Source of the DNA: Marsupella aquatica
Taxonomy: Eukaryota; Plantae; Marchantiophyta
Length of the DNA: 64,000 nt
Assembly: GCA_973895155.1 (NCBI GenBank)
Contig: OZ316891.1
Coordinates: 2,803,801 to 2,867,800 of the forward strand
Direction: 5' to 3'
In this document: one piece after another, positions 13,828 to 26,581 of the stretch
Layout: every line of letters starts with the position of its first letter
Position numbering within the stretch: the stretch's first letter is position 1
Notes under the pieces: model-generated
Database searches by the model: none
Seen by the model: only the letters and a program-made list of their open reading frames with translations
What the model was told of the DNA's origin: nothing
Position numbers and translations under genes: made by a program

Positions 13828-15864
13828 ATGGGGAAGCCGGCGAAGAAGAGCACGAAAAAGTTTGAGAAGAAGCATCTCGATGCAGGGCTCAAGCATCGCA
13901 AGAAGCTGAAGCCTATGGTCAACGCGCTCAAGCGCAAAAAAGCTGCGTTTAAAGCACATGCCGAAGAGGATGGAGAGGTTGCTCCCGTGCAGCAGCAGCA
14001 GGGTCGGGGTCAGGGCAACCGCAAGAAACAGGAAATCACTTCGGAGGTCTCACAACACAAAGAACAGCTAGGAACACTCAAGGAAAAGGATCCGGAATTT
14101 TACCAGTTTCTGAAGGAACATGACAAGGAGCTGCTGGATTTCAACGACGAGGATGAGGATGAGGATGAAGCGGATGAGGATGAGGATCTGGGGCTGGAGT
14201 CGGATGATGACAAATCTGAAGGCACCGCAAAGAAGGACGGACAACCTGAGACTCTTTCAAGTGCTCTCGTTGATGAGTGGTGTCTTGCATTACGGGAGAA
14301 GCAAAATATTGGAGCGCTCAAGAATTTTCTGCAAGCTTACCGGACCGCTTGCCATTATGGGGATGGCAAAGATGAAGATACCAGCCGTTCTTTCAAGTAC
14401 ATCTGTAGAAGCAGCCATGTCTTCAACAAAATCATGATGTTTGGACTATGCGAAGTCGATGGAATTTTGAGGCAGTTGCTGGGTCTGACTAGTAGGGAAG
14501 AGATGACTGAAAAAAGTAAGGGCTTCTCAGCTGCAGACTTGCAGAAAAACAAGAAATGGAAAAAAATGGAGCCATTTGTGAAGGCATATCTCGGAAACTC
14601 TCTCAATATCTTGAATCAAATGACTGACAACGAGATGATTGCTTTCACACTTCGGAGGCTGAAAGTTTCTATTCCTCTCCTTGGGCCATTTCCCAAATTG
14701 TCCCGGAGATTCCTGAAGGTGGCTCTGCATTTTCTGTGCAGTGGAGATGGAATTCTACCTGTCATATCTTTTTTTTACATTCGAGAAATGGCATTGCGAC
14801 TCGGGGACGACGTAGTGGACGCTGTCTTGAGGGGAGTTTACAGGGAGTTTGCAGCCACCGCTAGATTTGTGAATTCAACAACTTTGCCTCAAATCCAGTT
14901 CAGGGCCAACTGTGCTGTGGAACTGTATGGCATTGACTTGAGGGCGTCGTATCAATTGGCATTCGTCTTCATTCAACAAATGGCTATTGTGCTCAGGAAT
15001 GCCATAACTATGAAAACCAAGACTGCATTCAAGAGCGTGTACTGCTGGCAGTATATCAACTGTCTCCATTTGTGGGTCAAAGTGATTTGCACTTATCCTG
15101 GCGAAGATGGACTGCGACCACTTTTGTATCCCTTGGTCCAGATCATAGAGGGAGTGGCTCAGTTGGTTCCGACAGTCAGATACTTTGCTCTCCGGCTTCA
15201 GTGCGTGAAAATGCTGAATGAGCTGGCAGCTGCTACTGGAGTGTTTACTCCAGTGACCCCCCTACTGCTGGATATGCTACATTGCAAAGAGCTTCATATG
15301 TCGCCGACGGGGGGTGCAGGCAAAGCTATTGATTTTGACACCAACTTGAAAATACCAAAACCGGCTATAAAAACTCGAGAGCTGCAAGAGGGATATGTTG
15401 CAGCTGTTCTTGAGCAACTTGCCAAGCATTTGGCGCAATGGAGCTACTCGGTTGCCTTTCCTGAGCTAGCTACTATCCCTCTCCTGCACCTGCGTCAAAT
15501 TTTTAAGACCATGAATGTAGATAGGTTTGCCAGGAAGGTGAAGCAGCTCGTAGCCCAGATAGAGCACAACATGCAATTCGTTTGGAGTAAGCGAGAAAGA
15601 GCGAACTTTTCTCTGGACGACGCCAAAGCTGTTGCAGCATTCCTTCACACAGAGAAGGAGGCAGGAAGCAGCCCTCTGTCACAGTTCGTTGTCAAGCTGC
15701 AGGAGCAGGCAGATCATCAACGCCACGTTCGTGTCCGAGAGAATAAGGAAACAAAGGATGACAAGGCTCCTATCAAGGAAGACATTAGAGAGTTACATTC
15801 GGACGGTGAAGATGACGGTGACGTGGTTGAGGACCTTTTTGTGTCTTTTGATGGCAAGAAATGA
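13828..15864 (+). CDS. NOC2: Nucleolar complex protein 2 (NOC2/NOC2L) homolog, intronless, 678 aa
   Basis: Single long ORF. Motifs: N-terminal KKSTKKFEKKHL, HKEQL..LKEKDPEFYQFLKEHDKELLDF, acidic tract, YQLAFVFIQQMAIVLRNA, VYCWQYI, LRPLLYPLVQII, WSYSVAFPELA. Confidence 0.93.
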   Translation: MGKPAKKSTKKFEKKHLDAGLKHRKKLKPMVNALKRKKAAFKAHAEEDGEVAPVQQQQGRGQGNRKKQEITSEVSQHKEQLGTLKEKDPEFYQFLKEHDKELLDFNDEDEDEDEADEDEDLGLESDDDKSEGTAKKDGQPETLSSALVDEWCLALREKQNIGALKNFLQAYRTACHYGDGKDEDTSRSFKYICRSSHVFNKIMMFGLCEVDGILRQLLGLTSREEMTEKSKGFSAADLQKNKKWKKMEPFVKAYLGNSLNILNQMTDNEMIAFTLRRLKVSIPLLGPFPKLSRRFLKVALHFLCSGDGILPVISFFYIREMALRLGDDVVDAVLRGVYREFAATARFVNSTTLPQIQFRANCAVELYGIDLRASYQLAFVFIQQMAIVLRNAITMKTKTAFKSVYCWQYINCLHLWVKVICTYPGEDGLRPLLYPLVQIIEGVAQLVPTVRYFALRLQCVKMLNELAAATGVFTPVTPLLLDMLHCKELHMSPTGGAGKAIDFDTNLKIPKPAIKTRELQEGYVAAVLEQLAKHLAQWSYSVAFPELATIPLLHLRQIFKTMNVDRFARKVKQLVAQIEHNMQFVWSKRERANFSLDDAKAVAAFLHTEKEAGSSPLSQFVVKLQEQADHQRHVRVRENKETKDDKAPIKEDIRELHSDGEDDGDVVEDLFVSFDGKK

Positions 15865-16639
15865 ATATAGTTCATTGCCATTTCATAAATGCGGCTGTAG
15901 AGTAGAGAGGAAGATCTTAGAAGGAATCCATAAATTTTCGAGTTCGGTAGACTACATGCAATGTCAATGGTAATTGTTACTATGAAGTCACGTTGCTGGC
16001 GTAAGTGTGACAAGATGGAGCTGTCTCCAAAGTGTTGTGAACCAGACATTCTCAGTTTTCTGGATTTATAGACATCATATTTCTTGCGTTCAAATGAGGA
16101 CAGGGATGTCACTTTTTTTTCGAATGTCAATCACTTTCTTTTGCTCAAAATTTAATACTCTTGGGGGTCCTTTAAATGCCGATCTCTCGTACATACCGAT
16201 GAGATTTTCGGTGGACTTGACCATTTGATATGCCCAAATTAGCGTCCAGCTGACCTCTCAGCCAAAATATTGTGAAAGTGCAAAGGATCTATCACAGTTG
16301 AGACTTGAGAGTGCAAGGGATCTATCGTCGTTGCATGTGTTGGAAGAATATGATGAGTTGCTGTGTAGCTGAATCTATCTTGAACTGTCTGCCGAAAGCT
16401 CTGCAGATATAAGGTCAGAAGTGGTCATTTTACTGAACGTGTTAATCTACACAAGCATTCTAACTAAGTACCAAACGTTGCCATTCGTTACTGAATACGA
16501 GACTGAATGCCCAATCATAGATATTAATAGAGATATGACGAAAAATAATCATATCTAATCACCATTTTGATATACAATACATTTTATTTTGCATTCCATC
16601 CACATACATTTGGTGGGGCCCGGCCCTAGGGGGTTACGG

Positions 16640-16977
16640 TCAGCTTCATCCTAGAAGCCTAAATCCCAAATCTAGGTTCCAGAGGCTTCATTCTAGAATC
16701 TAGAAAGCCAAACCCTAGAAGCATGGACCCCAACTCTATGTTCTAGAGATTTCCCAAATCTAGGTTCCAGAGGCTTCATTCTAGTAAGCCGAATCCTATA
16801 AGCTTAGACCCCGACTCTATGTTCTAGAGATTCACTCTAGAAAACTGAAGCCTAGACCCCAATTATAGGCCCCAATTATAGGCTCTGGTCTAGAGGCTTC
16901 ACCCTAGAAGCCTAGACCCCAACTCTCCACTCTAGAGCCTAGACCCCAACTCTCCACTCTAGAGCCTAGACCCCAAC
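16640..16977. repeat. Degenerate short tandem repeats rich in CTAGA (CTAGAAGCCTAGACCCCAACTCT...)
   Basis: Repeated CCTAGACCCC(A/G)ACTCT and TTCCAGAGGCTTCATTCTAG units, including two adjacent copies of CCTAGACCCCAACTCTCCACTCTAGAG. Confidence 0.8.
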
Positions 16978-17795
16978 CATTTATTAGTAAGATCACCACC
17001 ATAGACTTGACTTTATTCCAAGCTGCCATGCTTGAGCACAACCGGAAGATGGAAACAATTATCTACATGGAACTCAAGTGGCCAAATCGGGGTTCAGTTC
17101 AAAGCATCAAACTAACATTAGAGAGGATATATAGTCCACGTTCGTTTGGACGAAGGGCAGTATACAGTGACAAGGCAACCAATGACCACACACACGAAAT
17201 AGGTTAGGGGTTTGGATACATAGACAAAAGGGGTGTGAGTTTCATTAACGAAATTATTTCGTCTCCCTTCGCCAAAAGAATCCGAACCCCGAGGACCAGA
17301 TGACGATCGACTTGGGACGTAAGCCACTTCTTAAGCACTTTTTATAGTCCACTAACCTAGAAGTACAGCAGTCTCACCCTAAAATGTCTGAACTAATGGC
17401 GAGGGGGTCGAAGGGGAATGACATGCTATGGTGAGCCCCATACAGAAATCGATCAGTCCTGTCTTATCACTGAACAGATACGATTACACCTTCGTGATGA
17501 ATGGGCTCTTTAGTACAAGATGTTATCTCACTTTCGAGGAGTACGTAGAATGGAATTTCGAACATGTAGCCAATTTTGAATACACTCCATTGCTAGTGAG
17601 TCAATTCGGAGCACAATGCTGAATCCATCACTATATTTAGGATAAACTACCGAGCCTCACTTGGGGCCTCCAAATACGGTAATGGTTCCGTTAACCATGT
17701 AGCAACGATGAAATAATGAATGCAATTTTTAGCTTCTAAATACGGATAATCCGCATTAAGATCTGATAACATTGTAATTTTCTAGCTTTTGACTG

Positions 17796-19774
17796 TCAAT
17801 ACTGTGTCTCTAATAGACCATCGATAAGCCCAAACTCCATTGCCTGCATCACATTGAATTGGCATAAGAACTCACAAATTTGAATTTAGCATGCTTCAAA
17901 GTCGACGAGCTTGATAACATGACGAGCGCAATGGAGACCAAATCAATATCCGAATGGATACGGACAATTCTACAAAACAGGATATGCTGAAATGAAATTG
18001 AGCATAGCCAGGGAGAAAAAAAACTCACCTCCGATGCAGCAAAGAAACGGTCACGATCTGTGAATTGCTGTACTCTTTCGAGTGGTTGCCCAGTGAAGGC
18101 TACATACATCTTATCTATTTTCTGCCGGCACAACATCCATCTATCGTAAAGTTAGAGCAGAATAAGAACAGTCCAGCCAAACGTGAAACCTTCCCCTCGA
18201 CTACCAATCCAGAAATGTATTTTGATTCCAAGCAAAACTAAACAGCAAGATATGGCCAACACGAATGATGGCAGGGATAAGAACGTACATCACGTGATTG
18301 CATGATTTCATTCACTTGCCGTCGCACGTCATCAGCTGTTCCCTGCAAAAACACTTAAATCTGAGACTTATATTCTGCAGATACCCTAATGACCATATGT
18401 CCCACTGGAGAATTATCACAGTTCCATCTTCAAACGGGGATATGTCTATTAAAGCATGCAGTAGGGAATGCAGCCAGCTTTGTAGTAACAGCAGAGCTAA
18501 TGTGCACACAATATTCATATCTGCAGGTAGAAGTTTAATCATTACCCCACAACCACCTTGGGGCTGGTGAATCATGATGCGCGCGTTGGGCATTGCAAAG
18601 CGCCTTCCCTTCTCTCCTCCTGCAAGTAATAGTGCCCCTTGACTTGCAGCTATTCCAAAGCACACAGTGCTAACTTTCGGCTTTATCTGCAGCGACGTAA
18701 AATATACACCACAAAAAAACTCAGACAGGTTCGATTTATGTTTCCTTGGTTGTCGAAACAAAATGTGTTAGACAGCCCAAACACGAATGGTTCGCCTTCG
18801 ACTGATAAGTAATTAAAGAAACCTACCTACAGAAGGAAGGAGAGCTTACCCATGCCATGGTATCATAGATAGCTAGAACGGAGTAAGTACTTCCTCCAGG
18901 ACAATTTATGTACATCTGCAAGCAAATGACGTAAGTCGTAGCAAAATTCAGTATTATGGTGGGAGATCGTTTCCTTAAATTGATTCGCATAACATGTATC
19001 GGCCTCGACTATACTACTTTGAAACAAGAAGTTTCGAGTGATATGCACATTGACCACTAAAATGGCTGATTGTTCGTCCAACAAAACTGTCTGGACAGAT
19101 CAAACATTTTCCTTTTGACCCTAGATAATCCTCAGTGTAAAGATGCTGTTAAGAAGCCCCTCACCTTAATTTCCTCGTCCTCATCAATTGCAGCCAAAGT
19201 CAACAACTGTGAGATGACTCGCTGAGCAACCTGTCCATTCACCGGCGATCCAACAAACACTACCCTATTTCTGAGCAGAAACGTGGACAAATCCGTAGGC
19301 CCTGATGGGGTCATCACAGCAGGCATAATCGGTGGAATTCCTTTCCTTGCCGCGCGGATGTTCTCTACACTGCATTTTATCACAGCTGAGGATGATGATG
19401 CCGCAGGCCGCCGAAAATTGACCTGACGGGCTGGAACCTCAATCCTACTAGAGCCCCTGCACAATTTGACACAGGCCACGCCACCAATCGTTAGGACAGA
19501 ATTCCCGAGCTACTGAGGGCTCTAGAGGAATAATAGTTCCGTCCCTAGGCTCCAACAGATGACAACGCCATACATTCCAGATCAAGAATTATTGTCAGGC
19601 AGACCACAGAAACCTTTCTCTTGAATGCCCACTTCTACAACAGAGATACGAACAGAGGAAACCCAGCTGAAATAGAAAGAAAAAAAGTGGGGAACGGCAC
19701 CACAGAATCCTCGAATCTCTCAAAGGGCGCTGGCTATGGCCTCTGATCGAGGTCGTAGCTGAAACCGCGGCCAT
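17796..19774 (-). CDS. CLPP6: Plastid ATP-dependent Clp protease proteolytic subunit 6 (nuclear-encoded)
   Basis: Exons encode [29 protein letters not shown]...[54 protein letters not shown]...[37 protein letters not shown]...[10 protein letters not shown] and [15 protein letters not shown] (stop at 17796-17798). Catalytic Ser/His/Asp are present. The transit-peptide exon boundaries are approximate. Confidence 0.9.
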
Positions 19775-20559
19775 CTCCAGAAACAACAATAACAGCTGCA
19801 ATGAATTGATAACACAGTCGCAAGCCCTGCTCTGCTCTCCTTGGCCGAAAGCAAAGCCTCGTCGCTCTCCTGATTCTCTTGGTACTACTACTGTATGCTA
19901 AACCTGAGCCCAAGCAAAGCACATTCTGCCGTTTTCCTCTGGTGCAGCTAAGGTTTTCATCTTGGATGGTTTACATCTAAACTCCCCAGTCTTGTCGCAA
20001 ATCCTGCCATACGGTTGTCCCCCTCCCTATTTGGGACCAATTTATCTAAGACTTAAATACACTTCTCTGAGGAGAACGTTTTTTTTAATCTTTTTCCTCT
20101 TGTGAAACCCTCTCTTTTTGTGAAACCCTCTCTTTAGGTTTCCTTGAACCCCTTAGAGCACTCCAACCAGTCACCTATTGGGCAGGGCCTGAGGGAGTGT
20201 AGTGGGACAAGCTCACGGGCCTTGTTTTTTAACCCCCACCGTGCCCCCGTCTGTGCACCCCCAATGTTTTGCCTGACATTTTTTCTAACGTAGGCCGGCA
20301 GTCCTGTGTTCCACAACCTACTGTAGTAGGACGTCTCAAATATCTGAATTTTGTGAGCGGGACTATGCCGAGACTGTCCCAGGTCGGGCCAATGGTCCTG
20401 ACTGGTCGGGCACCAAATGTTGCACGCAACCAGTCACCCCCGGGATTTAGAGACCGATAGGGAGGGCCGGCAAAAACATGTAGACTACCTTGCGACGCCG
20501 TGCTTTTTCCCCGGAGGTTGAAAGTCAAGGGTCAGGTTTATGGGTGTTCAATGCAAGCG

Positions 20560-21870
20560 CAGCGACTCCAGTCAATGTTGACTATCCCCCCCAAAAATGC
20601 CCCAGGTGTACCCACTTTCAGTGCGCCCGAGGGCTTTGCAGGCTGCACGTGAGGCCATTTTTTTCTCATATTTGAGACGCCCTGGTGGGGACACAGCCCG
20701 CCAAAATTGATCAACAACTTTTATCAGCCTCCCAGACTTGCCACGAGACGCTTCAGCCCTTGGTGTGGGTGAAAGGCATTGGGCCCTTCACAAACCCAAA
20801 CCTGCAGGTGCCAAACCAGCTGGCTAAACTCCCTAATGGCTGGGTTGTTGGGTGATCACCAGTGGGATTGCTCTTACAGCTCTATCCCATTGGTCCTCAA
20901 GTAGGGTTGTGGTGGATTTTCCTCATCTATCTCCAAAATCCGCCGGGAACATCCCAGCAGTTCAAGACCTTCAACTTTGACTTGGGAGTTGATGTGTCTC
21001 AGGGCCATCCACTCTGCTTTCCTCACCTTGAAGCTTACCCAAATGATCGAGGTTTGTGTCCTGAGTTCCTCTTTGGAGGATGGTTCCTCTCATGAGTTCT
21101 TTGCGAGCGGAGTTCCTAGAACTCTCTTGGCCTGTGCACATCCACCAAAGAAGCTGGTAACCATCAGGCCAGCACTACAGGCGGGGCATGGAATCACTTG
21201 GTCTCTACCCTCAAGTGGCAGTACGGGCCCGGCAGGAATGGGGCAAGGGCTGGAATTGAGGGCGGATGAAAAACAGGCCTTAACATCCCATGCTTTTCTG
21301 TTACAATCTATCACTTCTTCTATTACCTAGTAGTGGGTAGTTCCTAGGTGAGTTTGGTTTCTCTAAACCTTGATGCATGTATTGCAAAGCCAGTGGTAAA
21401 CCTTGATGCATGCGTGGTAAACCCAAGGGTAAAGCCCTTCCATGAGAGTAGTGTTGCAAATAAAGGGTGGGTAGGAGACTTTTAGGAAGCATGCCTCACT
21501 GGACACCTTGCACAGGGCATGTCTCACTTTGGTTTGTCTCTTATTGGGCACCCACCTCCAAGCCTCTAGCCCACAAAACTGGTCACAGCAGTTTCTCCCA
21601 TGAATGTAACATCTCTTTTTGCCTAGAAAGCCATATGTAGATTAGCATCACTAATAAATGACCATCACCAATAGGCGTATGCAATAATGTGGAAAGCCCA
21701 ATTGTGGGGGGTTTGGGGGGGCAACCCAAGGATCCAAAAGGTTTCCTACCATGAGGGAGAGTGGGTTAAACCAGGGTCTTAAAGCCAGGAAACCAATGGC
21801 CAAGGAGATTACCAGTTATTTTGGCTGGCGCTTACTTGCAAGGAGGTGGGTGGCCTTGATATCTGAATGA
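20560..21870 (+). mobile_element. Highly degenerate L1-type LINE remnant
   Basis: Broken motifs VDYPPQKCPRC..H and LGVDVSQG (ORF1-like), then NWSQQFL and KEVGGLDI (resembling the W....LS and K..GGLG motifs C-terminal to LINE RT). Many stops; boundaries are vague. Confidence 0.35.
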
Positions 21871-23251
21871 AACCCCAGCTAAAATTGAGGGTCAATGCAC
21901 ACTGGAGTGGCCTAGGTTTCCTCATTTCCTCATTTCTCTCCATAGATTGAGAAACTGTGCCTGGAGGGGAAGGAGGCGGAGTCAGAGCTCATAGAGGAGG
22001 AGGGTCTGGATAATGATCCAAGTCAATTATATCAACTTGTCTGCCCTCTACCACTGATTGGATGAGCCATGGCTTGGCCATTAAAAATGAACTTTGAATT
22101 CATGAGAGTGAGTTTGAGCAAAGTTGCAAGTGGCCTCCAACCCATGGATCAACACTTTGGCAAGTGTCAATATGGCCAATGATTGACATCTAACCATTGA
22201 ACAGGAGTAAGGCACTAGCGCCCGAATTTTGAACCAGTCAATTTGATTTCTCAGTTCTTTCCTCTTGGTTCAACTTGTTGCAATTTCTGAAGGTTATTCT
22301 TTTCCCTGATCCCTTGACTTGTTTAGTCCTGTGGTCCTCTTCAAGGGTGCTCAAATTCTACCAATCTGAATGCTTTTCTTCGGCCATCAATCTAGACACA
22401 TTTTTTCTCAAATTACTGATGCCCTGTCTGTGGTGGTGGTGGTGCTGGTGGTGGAGGAGGGGCTCCCAGTGGCAACATGGGAAGTGCTTTCCGGGTTTGG
22501 AATCCGTCAATGGGGAGGTTGATGATGATCTAAGCCATCCATGGAAACCCAGCCTATTCATTCAATTGAATCCATTCTTTACTCACCAGAGCTCAAATGG
22601 AGAACAGACAGCTACTCAATACTCTAAACAATGCTTTTATGAGTAATACATAATCTTTTGGTACAATATATTGTTATTCTTTAATCATATATCCTGGATA
22701 TCCAATTTGTGTTGGTTGAAGTAGATAACATTACACTTAAGCCATTATGTATTTTGATGTTGGTGTTATAACTCATATGTGTCAGTGGGATATGTAATCC
22801 GATGTACATCATAGTTATATATACGCAGCATCAACTTAACATATCAAGCCATGTGATACAAAATGATTGTCCAATATACCCGTAGAACTGATGTCAGAAC
22901 CATATCTTAATCCAGCTTATGTGAAATACATATACACCTCAGTTTCGTGATGTATCTTGGTGGAAAGAGATACCAACTCAATACCTGTGTCTTGCATAGT
23001 GCATGGTCTTTATACTAAGTGACGTTGAGTGGAAATGTTATCTAACATAAGTGAGATGGCCAGGAAGTTGGCGAGTCTGGCAACTGGAATTCAAGGAGAG
23101 TGTGAACTACACTGAGAGTGACCGGCTGAACATGACAAAGGTGCACAATATATGACACCTGTAGAACAATCTCATGGCTGGGTAAAAATGTCACCATAAT
23201 TTTAGGATCAGTGAGCCGTCCCACCAAAATGACATTTCATAAACAGATTAC

Positions 23252-23392
23252 AAGCAAAAGAGCCGGATTACATAATATCATGTTTAGATAGATCAGCTTA
23301 TGCAAAAGGGCTGGATTGCATAACATAATGATTAGATAGATGAATTAGGAGCAAAAGAGCAGGATTGCATAATATTATGTTGAGATAAGTAG
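23252..23392. repeat. Three diverged copies of a ~49 bp unit
   Basis: GCAAAAG.GC.GGATT.CATAA.AT.ATG.TT.AGATA repeated three times. Confidence 0.75.
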
Positions 23393-23429
23393 ATACACCA
23401 TACCCATCTTACTATAGAAGCATCAACTG

Positions 23430-23523
23430 AAGCCTACTTTTAAGGGCCTAGGTCTAGAGTGAAGACTCTAGACCACTCAAGCCCACTTTTAAGGGCCTAG
23501 GTCTAGAGTGAAGACTCTAGACC
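23430..23523. repeat. Two copies of a 49 bp unit containing the hairpin GGTCTAGAG-TGAAGA-CTCTAGACC
   Basis: AAGCC.ACTTTTAAGGGCCTAGGTCTAGAGTGAAGACTCTAGACC occurs twice in tandem. Confidence 0.9.
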
Positions 23524-24713
23524 GTACCTCCCAAAACAGATAATGAAATTCAATAAGGTCAAAATTTTAAATGAAGATGGACAAAAATGATATGGACTCC
23601 AAATTTAAATAAAGACAAAATTGAAAAGAGAATGAAAAACAACTAGGGTGGGGCAAAGACTAACCAAAATAACATATAAATTTTATTGCCTAATATTTGT
23701 TTTATTGGCAAGATTTTGTTCAAGGAACGGGTCATTTGGCTAGTAAGCTTGAATGAAAGTCTCAAAGTAAGATTCACAAGGGGCTTTACATGACATGTAA
23801 GACCTGCTACCGTAGAAGTCGGCACTTCAGGATGTGCACCCAGTAGAGCCTATCGACTCCAGTGAAAGCAGCTCAAATCTGTACAGAGATTCGAAGAACC
23901 CAGGCCCCAGGAAGTGTGCACTGCCGCATTGCTACTCGGTGCAAGAAAGCCGCCAGCCACTGCCCTCCGATGTCACCTGACCTTCTCGGATGAAGTGGGC
24001 CAAGTTCTCGTCGCCTTGCACAGAATGAGGTCAGTCAGGGGTTGCTCGGAAGATGATGATCTCCTTATACCCCCGTCGCATACGTCCATTGCCGTAACAT
24101 AGAACTGTTTCAAGTTTGTTTATCTAAATTGTTGTGTGTGTGTGCGTACATTCAGTATTTGTTGACTTGATCAAGAATCGGGTGAATTTCTCAACTGGAC
24201 AGAATTCTCAGACAAGAATAATGAACTGAATGGCTACCGTGTCAATTAATACGGAGCAAAACTAACAAAATCCTGGAATTCTTGATCTCTACTGTAGCTG
24301 TGTAGTAAGCCTTAGGATGTTGAAATACGTCGCAGCTGCGCAAAGCCGCTCAAATGTTTGAGTCAATGCAGATGTAGGGTTAGCGCTGGCACAGTTGAGG
24401 CTCTTTCGTCCTTTGGATTTTGACCCTTTCATTTCTTCCTGTCCGACATAGGGCAATCTCTCTACTGTGAAATTCAAGGATCTACCAGTATCCTATCTCC
24501 AACCTCTTATACGGTATTCAATTTTCTGCGGCGTGAAATTCGCATTTACATGTGAAGAGCCGGGAAAATCTCTGAAACGGAAGGAGGTCCATCCGTCCCG
24601 TGAATGGAGAGCAATGTCGTGATGAAGAACTCAAGCAAGTGGAAGAAAAGTGGAGCTGTGTGTTAAAGTGTGTTAGCTTGCAGTGCTGAATAGATTGGAA
24701 GAAGTGAGGAGAT

Positions 24714-26581
24714 ATGGCAAGTGATATCTTGACGGAAAACAGCACCGCATCTCACGCTCCTCTCAAGTGTAAGGATGCACAGCTGGTGGAGGAAAAAGGT
24801 CTGGAGACAACTCCAGAGGTTTCAGATTCTGGATCTCTTCCCTTGACGATGTTTCCTGCTGCGCATGAATTGCCACCTCGGCCTCCTCCGGCCAACGAAT
24901 GCAACTTTACCCATTATTATGTTTTAGGTTAGGCGGAATCTCTCTTGCCTCAGTAGTAAAGCTCTTGACTTGAATGTTTACTCGATACGGGTGTCTGCAA
25001 GTGCGATACGATGAAGCTCTGCCAGTTTGCTGCCCTGGCGCCGTATAAACCCTAAATCTTAAACCCTGTATCGTAGAAGACAGCTCGTGAAAGCCACCAG
25101 TACTCAGTCATTGTCGGTTTCTATGACTCAATTGTTCACGTTACTGGGACGCTGTTGTTGGTATCAGGCTGGAATTTGAATGAGGTTGGAACCACTGTCG
25201 GGGTGTGCTGAATGTATGGCGTTAATTGCAGATGTCGGCAAAGAGTTTCACGACCAGTATATTTTCAGGCACGCCAATGGGTACGAGCTGTTCTACAACT
25301 GCCTCCGTATATATTTCTTACTTTACCACTTTGCCATCCTGCGAATGAATCTCCATGGAACTGTTTATAAAATTTCTAAATTGGAACCCGGCTAAGAATT
25401 TTGTGGGTTTGATGCGAATTCTTTCATGTCTGAGAATTCTGAATGAAACTGAACTATTTGGTGGTCTATGGTTCTGTTTCTTTCGTGAACATTTTAAAAA
25501 GAGGAGGTTTCAGATAACCTCTTTTTATTTTCATCTAAATTTGTTTCAAGTTGCTTGATGCCTGTCAAATGTTACAGCCTTTGTGTTGTAGGGTTAGCAC
25601 CAACTCATGCAGCTTTCAAGGCCACCGTCGGCGTCACCGCTGTGGACTTTAATGTTGGCAAGTCAAGCCGTGCAGATATGAAGGCAGTAGGGAAACGGAA
25701 AAAGGTGATGATGCATTATTTCATTGAACGTATGAACTAGGGTGCTTGACAAGACTTTCAGATTCAGTCCTTCAAGCGGAATGGATAACACTCGACGCGA
25801 ATTAGGGTTTTAGCATTGCGGAGTTGCGGTTGACCTTCGTTTGCGCTAGCAAGGAGACAGTATGCTCACTGGTTTTTATAATGCGTTCTGCGACAGTGAC
25901 ACGTGCGGTATTGTTGATTTTCAGAATGCAACTGTATTGGAAGGAAACTCAGTCCTCTGCAAAGTAATGACTGGGGAGATGTTTTTCCTGATCAGGTTTT
26001 TCGACTTCCATTATACTCCTGTCCTGGACGTTAGAAACCTCAGTGTGTAAATGTTTGCTGCAGTTGATTGACTTTTCATTTATGTCGTGTCCTTGAGATT
26101 TCCCTCCTATGTACTGATACCATCTTCGGGCTGCCCCTGTTTTAGATGTTGCGTGAGAGGCACGCTCCTTGAGGTGAACCAGCGACTCATACAAAATCCT
26201 CAACTTCTTGTGTCCAATGTATGTATTTATCTATCATGAAGCACAGCCTTGTGCACTGTCCGTTGGTGGGTGATCTTGTGCTGTGTCTGGACGAGAACAT
26301 TCTCCTTTCCTTCTAAGAAATAGTCAAATTTAGGGACGAATTGAAAGAGCATTGCTCATTGTACCTCTCCTAAAGTTTTCCCAGTAAAAGGCTTTAGCGG
26401 TCTGTTTCATCTGCCCATCTAGAAATCTCGCTGACTAAACTTTGTTGTTTTTGAGGATGAGGTGCAGGCGGACAATCAGGGGTATGTTGCTGTTTTGATG
26501 CCGAGATCAGATGACTGGGCAAAAGTAGAAAAGTCTCTGTTAACGCCGGAAGATTACAGAGCACAGCGAGGGCTTCAATAG
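24714..26581 (+). CDS. Abitram/Simiate (FAM206A)-like single hybrid-motif protein, 6 exons
   Basis: Exons 24714-24927, 25232-25280, 25578-25704, 25925-25995, 26146-26218 and ~26468-26581. They give HDQYIFRHANGLCVVGLAPTH, VDFNVGK...VGKRKKNA, CCVRGTLLEVNQRL..NP.LL and GYVAVLMP, which are characteristic of this family. Confidence 0.85.

Noticed and set aside
14100-16130. Antisense and alternate-frame ORFs over NOC2 (and likewise over RPS5 and the transposase)
   Set aside because: Shadow ORFs explained by the codon structure of the real genes.
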